Shown here: positions 45,509 through 54,466 of the stretch, piece by piece
Numbering within the stretch: position 1 is the stretch's first letter
How the letters are laid out: every line of letters begins with the position of its first letter
Source of the DNA: Christensenellaceae bacterium
GTDB lineage: Bacteria > Bacillota > Clostridia > Christensenellales > Borkfalkiaceae
Direction of reading: 5' to 3'
NCBI GenBank assembly: GCA_045586885.1
Contig: JAZNBE010000016.1
Coordinates: forward strand, 12,757 to 76,756
Length of the DNA: 64,000 bases
Notes under the pieces: model-generated
The model's database searches: none
Seen by the model: the letters and a program-made list of their open reading frames with translations, nothing else
Told to the model about the DNA's origin: nothing
Made by a program: the position numbers and the translations under genes

Positions 45509-47305
45509 TTATTTTCCGCAATAAAAGCCGATTGACGGTTTATACTCGTTGCCAAAGAAATCGTTTACGTTATCAACGTTTGCGCCTTTATTAAGGGCAG
45601 GGGATGAGGCGTCTAAAATATAAAAAGATTGATTATCTATTCCTAGAACGCTTTCAGTTGGTAATTGTTCTATAAATTTAGGGTTTTCGTAAATTCCGCT
45701 TTCGTTTATAGACTTAAAGTAATCCGTTCCGCTAATATTTAAACCGCTTTCGCTGTAAATTAAGTTGTTTGAAGCGACCGCTCCGCTTTTTGATTCTATC
45801 AAGAATATTGCGTTAGGCGAACGGTTATAAATTACGTTGTTATAAAAGAAAGATTTTCTTTTATCGTTAGATTGCAAAATATATTGAGTATCGGTAGCGG
45901 TTACGATAGTGTTGTTATAAACGTAAATTCCGTTAGACTCGTAGTTTATATAGATTATCCCTTTATTTCCTTTATCATTAACGGAAAGGTTATATCTAAC
46001 GATTGCGCTATCTTGAAAATTCTCGTTGTTATAGGTGCAGTTCATAAATAGCCCAAATGAATTATCGTGCGAGTAGTTATACTGCCAAATAGTGTCTTTA
46101 CTAGCGATATCGGCATCAAGCATACAGCCGTCTTGATATTTTCCGTCTTTTGGTCTAGGGGACGCCATATTGCGATAGCCTTCGTTATACTGAACGATAG
46201 TTCCGTCAACGTAAGAGGTTACGATAGAATTTCCTGAAACGCAGTGGATTGCGGTATCGTGAACGATATTGCGTTCAATAACGCCTTTATAAAGGTTACG
46301 AGCGAAAATTGCGTTCTTGCCTATAAAACTTACTTCGTTATTATCAATTTTTACGTTAAGGTGAGCGTAATTTTGAAAATCGCTAATATAAGGGCTAACC
46401 TTTTTTACTTCAACCGAACCGCTTTTGTTTTTAATAACTCGTTGCCAAGTGGCAATACCAACGTTTGAAACGTTTGTAATTTTACAATTCGAAATCGTAA
46501 GGCCGTCAATTCTTCCAAGCCCGTCGTTTGACCAAACGTGAATACCGCCGGTTGTCTTGGAACGCATATCCATTCCGCTATTTTCCGCATCACGAAAACC
46601 GCAAATATCGTGGATATAAAGGTTTCTAAGCGTTACGTTTTCATAGGTTATAGGTTCTTCTGTTCCAACGTTATTATCACAGGTTACAAGAACGCCACGT
46701 CTATCGTCTTCGGTTGAAAACGAATCGAAAAGTTCAAGTTCTTCAACGATTATATTGCTACAATTTAAAATATGAACTATTGCGCTACCAGTTAGATTAT
46801 TGCCGTCAATTTTAGGCTTTTCGCCCTCACCGTAGGCGGTAATTACGATAGGCTCTTCAACTGTGCCTTGTTGGTTAGAAATTGCGAGATTGCCTAAGAA
46901 TTTACTACCCCTTTCAAGATAAATATGCGCACCTTTCTCAAGGCTAATAGTTGATAAAATTTCTAAAGAATTATAAGGCTGTTCAAAACTACCGTTGCCA
47001 CCAGAATTTGCTGAAGATGAGAAAAATATCCCTTTTTCGCTATAACTTTCTTCGGCGCTAGAAGAACTTTCGTTCTTAGAAGAAGAATTTTGACTATTTT
47101 CTTTTAGCGAACTAGAAGAAAGGGAAGAACTAGCGGAATTATCGTTTGAGGAAGAACTAAAACCGTTTACGCTAGAACTACCATTGTTTGCGATAGAACT
47201 AATACTAGAACTACTATTGTTTTCGTTTGAAGAGCAGGCGACCATGACGAAAGCCAAAACGCAAATTAGAAGAAAAACGATTAAGTTTTTAAGCGGTTTT
47301 TTCAT
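45509..47305 (-). CDS. right-handed parallel beta-helix repeat lipoprotein
   Basis: Lipobox MVAC; long Ser/Asn-rich linker; PbH1-like repeats (ISNCKITNVSNVGIATW, IERNIVHDTAIHCVSGN ...). Confidence 0.78.
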   Translation of the reverse strand: MKKPLKNLIVFLLICVLAFVMVACSSNENNSSSSISSIANNGSSSVNGFSSSSNDNSASSSLSSSSLKENSQNSSSKNESSSSAEESYSEKGIFFSSSANSGGNGSFEQPYNSLEILSTISLEKGAHIYLERGSKFLGNLAISNQQGTVEEPIVITAYGEGEKPKIDGNNLTGSAIVHILNCSNIIVEELELFDSFSTEDDRRGVLVTCDNNVGTEEPITYENVTLRNLYIHDICGFRDAENSGMDMRSKTTGGIHVWSNDGLGRIDGLTISNCKITNVSNVGIATWQRVIKNKSGSVEVKKVSPYISDFQNYAHLNVKIDNNEVSFIGKNAIFARNLYKGVIERNIVHDTAIHCVSGNSIVTSYVDGTIVQYNEGYRNMASPRPKDGKYQDGCMLDADIASKDTIWQYNYSHDNSFGLFMNCTYNNENFQDSAIVRYNLSVNDKGNKGIIYINYESNGIYVYNNTIVTATDTQYILQSNDKRKSFFYNNVIYNRSPNAIFLIESKSGAVASNNLIYSESGLNISGTDYFKSINESGIYENPKFIEQLPTESVLGIDNQSFYILDASSPALNKGANVDNVNDFFGNEYKPSIGFYCGK

Positions 47306-47576
47306 AGTTTCCCCCTTTAACCTTCTTTATTTTACCACTTTATCGTAACAAATTTGTTAAGAAACGCCGTTTATTTATTAAAATTATAAACTAAAAACTC
47401 TCTAAAATCAATATAAAATCTAAACAAAAAATCTTATAAAAAGGTCTTTTTTAATTTTAAAAAAGAAAAGTCTAGTTGTTTTGTGAAAATTGTGTGAAAA
47501 TAAGTTGGTAACGTATTGTAAAAAAACGGCGTATATGGTAGAATTGTTGTAACAAAAACAAAGGAGGAAGTTTTTT

Positions 47577-49166
47577 GTGGACAATGAAAACAAAGTTGAA
47601 GTAGTAGAAACTGCTTCTCCTGAAAACGAACAAAACGTTAGCGTAGCAGAAAATAATCCTGAACCTGCTAAAAAAGTTAGCAAATTTGATTCGTATTTCA
47701 AGATTACCGAAAGGGGTTCTAAAGTTAGAACTGAAATACTTGCAGGTATTATTACTTTCCTTGCAATGTGTTACATTTTGACCGTAAACCCTAACCAATT
47801 CTTCTATGCCGGAACTGCTGACCCACGTTGGTCTGCCGTATTTATGGCGACGGCGTTTGGCGCTATCATAGGAACTGTTTTAATGGCGCTCCTTGCTAAA
47901 TTACCGCTTGCGCAAGCATCAGGTATGGGTCTTAACTCGATGGTCGGTTCGATTATCGGCGGTGGATTAGGTTTCTTTGCTTACGGTTTTGGCTTTACTC
48001 TTGCTAACGCTTTGGCAATGGTTCTCGTTTCAGGCGTTATCTTCTTAGTTCTTTCGATCGTATCGGTTAGAGGCGTTTCGTTAAGACAAAAGATTTTCGA
48101 AGGTATTCCAACTCCTATCAAGAAAGCAATTCCTGTTGGTATAGGTTTATTTATTGCTTACATTGGTTTCCAAAATTCAGGTATTATTCTTATCAATGAA
48201 TATACTCAAGTTGGCTTAATCGACTTCACTAACTGGGGCGAACAACTCGTTAAATCTGGTTTCTCAGTAACTCCAAAGGTTGCGCTCGTTTGCTTAATAG
48301 GTTTATTCGTTATTGCTATTTGCGATCATATTAAACTTAAAGGTTCGGTTATTATCGGTATTTTAGTTGCTACTATCGTTGGTATTCCTCTTGGCGTTAC
48401 TAATTTAGGTGTTATTCAAGGTCAAACTCCTGGTATCACTTGGAACGTTGTTGATAACTTCAAGAGTTACTTTGGCGAAAACGGCGTATTCTTAAAGTGC
48501 TTTACCGAAGGCTTTAACTTCCCTGATGGCTCTATTATGACCGTTATTATGCTTATCATCACTATGTGTATGATAGATATGTTCGACACTATGGGAACTT
48601 GCGTTGGTTGCTGTTCTGCTGCAGACCTTCTTGACGAAAACGGCACTCCTATTAACTACGATAAGATTATGTATGCAGATTCTATCGCAACTTGCGCTGG
48701 CGCTGTTTTAGGTACTTCTACCGTTACAACTTTCGTTGAATCTGGCGCAGGCGTTTCTGCTGGTGGTAAGACTGGTTTAGCCGCTTTAACTACCGCAGGT
48801 ATGTTCTTCTTAGCAATATTCCTACTTCCTGTATTTGCTATGATTCCAAGCGCTGCGTCTTCTGCTGCTTTAATCTACGTTGGCGTTCTTATGATGAAAG
48901 GCGTTAAAGATATTGACTTTAGCGATATTAGAAACGCAGTTCCTGCATTCCTTGCAATCATTATTATGCCATTAGCATACTCTATCACGAAAGGTATTGG
49001 TATTGCAATTTTATCTTACGTTGTTATCACTGCTTTAGGCTACGTTGCAGACTTAATTAAATCTGCAATCAAGAAAGAAGAAAAACCTAAATGGGAAATT
49101 TCTATCGTTACTTTAGTAGTTGCAGCGTTATTTATCGTTTACTTCTTCGTTCCAACCGTTTTCTAA
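47577..49166 (+). CDS. NCS2-family nucleobase permease (AzgA/PbuG-like adenine-guanine-hypoxanthine type)
   Basis: AGGAGG, 9 nt, GTG 47577; RGSKVRTEILAGIITFLAMCYILTVNP hallmark; ~12 TM. Confidence 0.85.
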   Translation: MDNENKVEVVETASPENEQNVSVAENNPEPAKKVSKFDSYFKITERGSKVRTEILAGIITFLAMCYILTVNPNQFFYAGTADPRWSAVFMATAFGAIIGTVLMALLAKLPLAQASGMGLNSMVGSIIGGGLGFFAYGFGFTLANALAMVLVSGVIFLVLSIVSVRGVSLRQKIFEGIPTPIKKAIPVGIGLFIAYIGFQNSGIILINEYTQVGLIDFTNWGEQLVKSGFSVTPKVALVCLIGLFVIAICDHIKLKGSVIIGILVATIVGIPLGVTNLGVIQGQTPGITWNVVDNFKSYFGENGVFLKCFTEGFNFPDGSIMTVIMLIITMCMIDMFDTMGTCVGCCSAADLLDENGTPINYDKIMYADSIATCAGAVLGTSTVTTFVESGAGVSAGGKTGLAALTTAGMFFLAIFLLPVFAMIPSAASSAALIYVGVLMMKGVKDIDFSDIRNAVPAFLAIIIMPLAYSITKGIGIAILSYVVITALGYVADLIKSAIKKEEKPKWEISIVTLVVAALFIVYFFVPTVF

Positions 49167-49190
49167 GAAGTTAAACTAAATTAAATTTTA

Positions 49191-49229
49191 GCGGATAATC
49201 GGTCTATAAGTCGATTATCCGCATTTTTT
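49191..49229 (+). terminator. terminator
   Basis: GCGGATAATCG-loop-CGATTATCCGC stem followed by T6. Confidence 0.85.
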
Positions 49230-49405
49230 GTTGTAAAACTATTAAAAACCATTTAAGAAAGTTAGGTTAAGGTTAATAAATGTTAAAAAAATAAGTTGGC
49301 TTATGGTTTTAGTTGAAAACGTAAATTAAGCGTGATATAATAAATATTAAGAAAAAAAGAAAAAGTTAGCGCGTTTTAGCGCATAATAATTTATAGGGTA
49401 ATAAA

Positions 49406-50134
49406 ATGTTTTTAGAAGATTATTTTGCTTTTTTAATTGCAATTTTGGCGTGCGCAGTCTTTTCAATATTTGCAAGCGCAAAGGTGAGGAAGGCTTTTTC
49501 CAAGCATAATAAAACTTTTTGCAGTTCTCGCTTTACCGGTTACGATACCGCTGTTAGACTTTTAAGAAGAAACGGAATTACGGAAATATCGGTAGGTAAA
49601 GTAGGCGGTTTTTTAACGGACCATTATCATCCGTCTAAAAAAATCGTAAACTTATCGGAGTCAACTTTTGGCAGTTCTTCAGTTGCGGCGGTAGCGGTTG
49701 CCGCTCACGAAATAGGCCACGTTACGCAAAAGAAAGATTCATATTTTTTCTACAATTTAAGAACGGCTTTAGTTCCGGTAGTAAATATTGGAACGAGGCT
49801 TGCAATGCCTTTAGTCTTAATAGGTATTATCTTAAGTTACTTTACGGTAGAATACGAAAGTATTGGTTTTTACGTTGCTATGGTGGGCGTAATATTTTAC
49901 GGTGGCGCGCTTTTATTTGCGTTAGTTACTTTGCCTGTTGAACTTAATGCAAGTAGAAGAGCAAAGAAAATGCTTTTAGCCGAAGGAATTTTAACCCAAA
50001 CGGAAATTGAGGGCGCTAGCGAAGTTTTATCGGCGGCGGCTCTTACTTATTTAGCGTCATTAGCAACTTCATTAGTTTATTTCTTAAGGTTTTTGCTTTA
50101 CGTTCTAACTATTTTTGGAAGAAGAAGGGATTAG
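49406..50134 (+). CDS. YugP-like membrane zinc metallopeptidase
   Basis: LTDHYHPSKKIVNLSE and VAVAAHEIGHVTQ (HExxH) in a membrane-embedded protein. Confidence 0.85.
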   Translation: MFLEDYFAFLIAILACAVFSIFASAKVRKAFSKHNKTFCSSRFTGYDTAVRLLRRNGITEISVGKVGGFLTDHYHPSKKIVNLSESTFGSSSVAAVAVAAHEIGHVTQKKDSYFFYNLRTALVPVVNIGTRLAMPLVLIGIILSYFTVEYESIGFYVAMVGVIFYGGALLFALVTLPVELNASRRAKKMLLAEGILTQTEIEGASEVLSAAALTYLASLATSLVYFLRFLLYVLTIFGRRRD

Positions 50135-50149
50135 TTGTTGAAAATAGAA

Positions 50150-50180
50150 AAGGGATTGCGTTTTCGCAATCCCTTTTTTG
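50150..50180 (+). terminator. terminator
   Basis: AAGGGATTGCG-TTTT-CGCAATCCCTT stem followed by a T-run. Confidence 0.85.
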
Positions 50181-50187
50181 TTAAAAG

Positions 50188-50209
50188 ATAGGCTATAAGC
50201 CGTTTAATT
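50188..50209 (-). repeat. REP-like motif variant (inverted)
   Basis: ATAGGCTATAAGCCGTTTAATT. Confidence 0.6.
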
Positions 50210-50222
50210 GTTTGTTTTTTAA

Positions 50223-50861
50223 TTATTTAGTGCCGAAAATTCTATCACCTGCGTCGCCTAAACCGGGAACGATATAGCCGTGTTCGTTAAGACCTCTATC
50301 TAGCGTGGCAACAAAAATTTCAACGTCAGGATAAGTATCTGCAACCTTTTTAACGCCTTCAGGGGCGGCGATAATAGCCAAGAACTTAATCTTCTTGCAA
50401 CCACGCTTTTTCAAAAGCGAAATAGCGTCGCAAGCGCTACCGCCGGTTGCAAGCATAGGGTCAACTAGCATAACTACCTTTTCTTCAATTTGAGAAGGAA
50501 GTTTGCAATAGTATTCTTGCGGTTCTAAAGTTTCTTCATCGCGGTAAAGCCCAATATGGCCAACCTTTGCCGCAGGGAATAGCGTTAAAATTCCGTCAAC
50601 CATTCCAAGCCCTGCGCGAAGAATAGGAACAATTGCAATAGAGTTTTCTCTAACTATCGTTTGAGTTGTGGTCTCTAACGGCGTTTCAACCATTGTTTCT
50701 TGGGTAGGAACGTCCTTAAAACTCTCGTATGCCATAAGCGTTGCAAGTTCTTTGATAATCTCTCTAAACTGCTTGGTATCAGTGTTTTTATTTCTAATAA
50801 TTGCGAGTTTATGGCGAATTAAAGGGTGGTCTAAAATATTAACGTTTTTATAACTTTCCAT
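50223..50861 (-). CDS. upp: uracil phosphoribosyltransferase
   Basis: [49 protein letters not shown]. Confidence 0.96.
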   Translation of the reverse strand: MESYKNVNILDHPLIRHKLAIIRNKNTDTKQFREIIKELATLMAYESFKDVPTQETMVETPLETTTQTIVRENSIAIVPILRAGLGMVDGILTLFPAAKVGHIGLYRDEETLEPQEYYCKLPSQIEEKVVMLVDPMLATGGSACDAISLLKKRGCKKIKFLAIIAAPEGVKKVADTYPDVEIFVATLDRGLNEHGYIVPGLGDAGDRIFGTK

Positions 50862-50882
50862 AAAACACCTTCTTTTTATTGA

Positions 50883-52313
50883 TTACGCGTTTTCAGTAGT
50901 GGTTTCTTCTTTTTCAGTTTCTACTGCTGAAACTTGTTCGTTTTTAGACTTGATAGAAGTTAGAAGGTTAGTTAAAATACCTAATATAAGTGCGCACGCA
51001 ACTGAAGTTACGGTAACTGCGCCAAAGTTTAAGGTCATACCGCCAACGCCGGCGATAAGAACTACTGAAACGGTGAAAAGGTTGCGGTTATCGCTTAAAT
51101 CTACTTTTTGAATCATCTTTAAGCCTGATACTGCAATAAAGCCGTAAAGAGCAACGCAAATGCCACCCATTACGCAAGATGGAATAGTTGCAAGGAAGGT
51201 TACGAAAGGCGCAACGAACGCTGCAATAATACAAATAATAGCGGTAGTTATTGTAGTAACAACGGAAGCGTTTCCTGAAATTGCAACGCAACCAACAGAT
51301 TCGCCGTAAGTAGTGTTAGGGCAAGAACCGAAGAACGCGCCAACCATAGAGCCTATGCCATCGCCAAGTAAAGTTCTGTGAAGACCCGGGTCTTGAGTTA
51401 AATCTTCGCCAATAATTGAAGAAATGTTCTTGTGGTCGGCAAGGTGTTCTGCAAAAACAACGAAAGCGACAGGGATATACGCAATAGCAACTGTGAGTAA
51501 ATAAGGTCCAAAATTACTCATATCGCCACTAAAAGCACCAAATGCTTCAACGAACGAGAAGTTTGGAAGCCATGCCATATTTTCAAAGAGTGAGAAGTTG
51601 ATAATTTGAAGAGCAGGGTTTGAAGTTGCGTTTCCGATAATAGTAAAGATTGTTGCAACGAAATAACCTGCAACGATACCTATAATGAAAGGAATCATCT
51701 TAAGCATTTTCTTGCCGTAAACAGAGCAAGTGATAGTAACTGCTAAAGTTATTAAACCGCAAAGTAACGCAAGGTAAGGCGATGCGGTTGGAACGAAAGA
51801 TTGCGAAGCAACGTCAAATACCGTAACGCTTCCTTTGGAAAGATCGCCTATAGCGTTGCCTGCTAGCGATAAACCTATAATTGCAACGGTAGGTCCTATA
51901 ACTGATGCAGGCATAATTTTATCAATCCACTTAACGCCTGCGTATTTAATTGCGATAGCGATGATTACGTAAACAAGACCTGCTAAGATAGCGCCGATAA
52001 TTAAGCCAAGATAACCCATTGCCATAGATGCTGCGCCAGCAACGGCTGAACACATTGAACCAATGAAGGCAAACGATGAGCCAAGGAATACAGGGCTCTT
52101 AAACTTGGTAAAAGCAAGGTAAACCAACGTGCCGCAACCTGCGCCGAAAAGCGCTGCAGATTGAGAAAGGCTTGAGCCTGTTGCGTTGTTAATGATTACA
52201 GGAACAACGATTGTTGCCGCTAAAATAGCAAGCATTTGTTGGAAGGCAAAAACCAAAGTTTTGACAAAACCAGGTTTATCTTTCACGCCGTAGATTAAGT
52301 TGGTGTTTTTCAT
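50883..52313 (-). CDS. uraA: uracil/xanthine permease family (NCS2) transporter, probable uracil permease
   Basis: Polytopic NCS2-like sequence directly upstream of upp in the same orientation. Confidence 0.82.
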   Translation of the reverse strand: MKNTNLIYGVKDKPGFVKTLVFAFQQMLAILAATIVVPVIINNATGSSLSQSAALFGAGCGTLVYLAFTKFKSPVFLGSSFAFIGSMCSAVAGAASMAMGYLGLIIGAILAGLVYVIIAIAIKYAGVKWIDKIMPASVIGPTVAIIGLSLAGNAIGDLSKGSVTVFDVASQSFVPTASPYLALLCGLITLAVTITCSVYGKKMLKMIPFIIGIVAGYFVATIFTIIGNATSNPALQIINFSLFENMAWLPNFSFVEAFGAFSGDMSNFGPYLLTVAIAYIPVAFVVFAEHLADHKNISSIIGEDLTQDPGLHRTLLGDGIGSMVGAFFGSCPNTTYGESVGCVAISGNASVVTTITTAIICIIAAFVAPFVTFLATIPSCVMGGICVALYGFIAVSGLKMIQKVDLSDNRNLFTVSVVLIAGVGGMTLNFGAVTVTSVACALILGILTNLLTSIKSKNEQVSAVETEKEETTTENA

Positions 52314-52465
52314 TTGTAACTTCTCCTTAATTTTTTTATTACAAATATTATATCAAATGAATTTATTAAATTCAATACTTTCTTAAAAATTCCTTAAATT
52401 AAAATTTAAACAATTATGGAAAGCAATAGCGTGTTGAATTGTTAAAAAAAGAACCGAAAACAGCG

Positions 52466-52490
52466 TTTAATCGGCTTATAGCCCTTCTTT
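52466..52490 (+). repeat. REP-like motif variant
   Basis: TTTAATCGGCTTATAGCCCTTCTTT. Confidence 0.65.
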
Positions 52491-52627
52491 TTCAAAAAAG
52501 CAGGGCTGTTTTTTTACAAAAATAATTACTCTCTTGACAAAAGTTAAAAAATTAAGTAATCTAAAATTAATAAATTTGAAATAAAACTAACCTTTAATGC
52601 GTCTTATTAGGTGAGAAACGAAAGGGG

Positions 52628-53164
52628 GTGGCAAAATTGACTTTCGATGATAAAACTTTATTAAAAGCCGTCAAAAGCGGTAATAAAGAAAAAATATCGC
52701 TTTTATTTAAGAGCGTTTACGAAAAATATTATAAACTAGTTTTCTTTTGCGTTTCTAAATACGTAGAAGATAATCAAATTGTAGAAGATATCGTAAACGA
52801 CACTTTTTTAAGTTTTTTTAATTCGGCAAGTAAAGTTAAATCAAGCGTTAAATATTACCTTCTAAATTCCGCTAAAAATAATGCGATAAATTATTTAAGG
52901 AAGAAAAAGCCTTCTTATGACCTTGAAAATTTAACGATAGCAAGTTCGTTTAGCGACGAAGGCGTTGTTTTTAAGCAAACGGTTGAAAAAATGCAAAAAA
53001 TTCTTTCAAAAATGGAAGTTGATATCGTTTTATTGCACGCGGTTGAAGATTTTAAGTTTAGAGAAATTGCCACTTTTCTTAAAATGAAATTGCCTACGGT
53101 TATAACTATATACAACCGAGCAATAGCAAAGTTAAAAAATTATATGGAGAAAGATTATGAATAA
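52628..53164 (+). CDS. sigma-70 family (ECF-like) RNA polymerase sigma factor
   Basis: AAAGGGGG RBS, GTG start; 178 aa with region 2-like (IVEDIVNDTFLSFF) and region 4 HTH (FKFREIATFLKMKLPTVITIYNRAIAKLK). Confidence 0.8.
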   Translation: MAKLTFDDKTLLKAVKSGNKEKISLLFKSVYEKYYKLVFFCVSKYVEDNQIVEDIVNDTFLSFFNSASKVKSSVKYYLLNSAKNNAINYLRKKKPSYDLENLTIASSFSDEGVVFKQTVEKMQKILSKMEVDIVLLHAVEDFKFREIATFLKMKLPTVITIYNRAIAKLKNYMEKDYE

Positions 53165-54152
53165 GACGTTTAAAAATTTTATCGACAAAAACGTTGACGT
53201 AGATTTTGATTTTTCGAAAATTGCTAGTAAAATCAACTACGAAAAATGCGTTGAAAAGAAGAATAAAAAATCACTTTATTTTACCAAAAAGGTGTTAGCG
53301 TTTGCTCTTATTCTTGCTATTTTAGTTGTTCCAACCACAGTTTATATGATAAACAACAACACAAAAAACGTTCATACAAACAATGCTCAAGCAAGCCAAA
53401 ATTTTAACGGCGGTATTTTAGGCTCTAACGAATTTAATAATAGCAAAGAAGAAAATTTTGCTAATGGGGTAGTTGGTGGCGTATCATCTAACTCGTCTTA
53501 CGGCGGAGAAATGGTTGAAGTTATTAAATTTAGTTTTTCGCTTGGCGAATTTGTATATATGACGGAATTTTTTCAAGATATTAGCGAAATTGAAATAACT
53601 TTAGGCGATGAAAAAATCTATCTTGAAAGCGCTTTCGTTCAAGGCGTCGGCGTTTGCGAAATTTATAAGTTTACGAATTCAAAAAAGAGTCTTGCGGTAA
53701 AAATAGACGATAAGTTTTATAGGTTTGACGTAAGTGAGTATTCCGGTGATTTTAAGAAAGACGTTGAGTTTGTTTACGAGTATGACGAGCAAGAATATTT
53801 AAGCGCTCCGTTTATTAAAGACGTAACTATTAATTTAGGCGAAAACAAAAACAAACTTGGTCAAGATAAAGCGAACGAGTTATTCGGTTATTTTTTAGAT
53901 GCATATCTTGATAACGACGGAAACATTAATTTTCATAACGAACTTTATAAAAAATACGTAAATCAAGTAAGCAGTGGGCAAGGCTTTATAGGAACGGTTG
54001 AAAATACTTATGAAATAGAGTTCGAAACGGTTTTAGGTTCAACGTTTACGTGCTTTTATCATAAAACTTATTGGGAAGAAAATAAATACGTTTTGTTATT
54101 TGAAGGTTACTATAAAATTAGCGATGAAGCAGTAGATATTATTCTTAGATAA
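53157..54152 (+). CDS. putative anti-sigma factor (single-pass membrane protein)
   Basis: 8-nt overlap with the sigma gene; short cytoplasmic N-terminus, one TM (VLAFALILAILVVPTTVYMI), ~260-aa extracytoplasmic domain of unknown fold. Confidence 0.6.
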   Translation: MNKTFKNFIDKNVDVDFDFSKIASKINYEKCVEKKNKKSLYFTKKVLAFALILAILVVPTTVYMINNNTKNVHTNNAQASQNFNGGILGSNEFNNSKEENFANGVVGGVSSNSSYGGEMVEVIKFSFSLGEFVYMTEFFQDISEIEITLGDEKIYLESAFVQGVGVCEIYKFTNSKKSLAVKIDDKFYRFDVSEYSGDFKKDVEFVYEYDEQEYLSAPFIKDVTINLGENKNKLGQDKANELFGYFLDAYLDNDGNINFHNELYKKYVNQVSSGQGFIGTVENTYEIEFETVLGSTFTCFYHKTYWEENKYVLLFEGYYKISDEAVDIILR

Positions 54153-54166
54153 AATTTCCTTTTTGG

Positions 54167-54190
54167 GCGTGGCTTTTGCCACGCTTTTTT
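54167..54190 (+). terminator. terminator
   Basis: GCGTGGC-TTTT-GCCACGC stem followed by T6. Confidence 0.8.
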
Positions 54191-54213
54191 ATTGCGAAAA
54201 AATTAAAAACGCA

Positions 54214-54238
54214 ATTAACGGGCTTATAGGCGGACTTT
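54214..54238 (+). repeat. REP-like intergenic motif copy
   Basis: ATTAACGGGCTTATAGGCGGACTTT. Confidence 0.8.
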
Positions 54239-54401
54239 TTATAATAAAACGATTAAAATATTAAGCAAAAATTATAAAGTTTCAATAAAAAAATAAAGGC
54301 ATTTTTTCTCGAAAAACGGTTTTATAACAGATTTTTTCAGTCGGCTAATTAGCAAAAAAATTTAATAAAATTAAATTTAAGAAGAAAAAGTCGTTTTAGT
54401 C

Positions 54402-54429
54402 TTGACAATTTCTCCTTTAGTGATATAAT
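54402..54429 (+). promoter_or_regulatory. near-consensus sigma-A promoter of the ATPase/WXG-like operon
   Basis: TTGACA, 16-nt spacer, TGaTATAAT. Confidence 0.65.
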
Positions 54430-54466
54430 ATTTTATTATAATATAATAACAAAGGGAGATTTTGTT

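Noticed and set aside
47306-47576. Purine riboswitch upstream of the AzgA/PbuG-like permease; likewise a PyrR binding loop upstream of uraA-upp (52314-52620)
   Set aside because: No purine-riboswitch junction motifs were seen (no UAUAAU...CUAC three-way junction pattern), and no ARUCCAGAGAGG-like PyrR site on the relevant strands. The regions are AT-rich promoter-like DNA.
47420-47798. 93-aa and 108-aa minus-strand ORFs
   Set aside because: They are AT-rich intergenic read-through overlapping the permease start. They have no RBS and a low-complexity F/L/N-rich translation.
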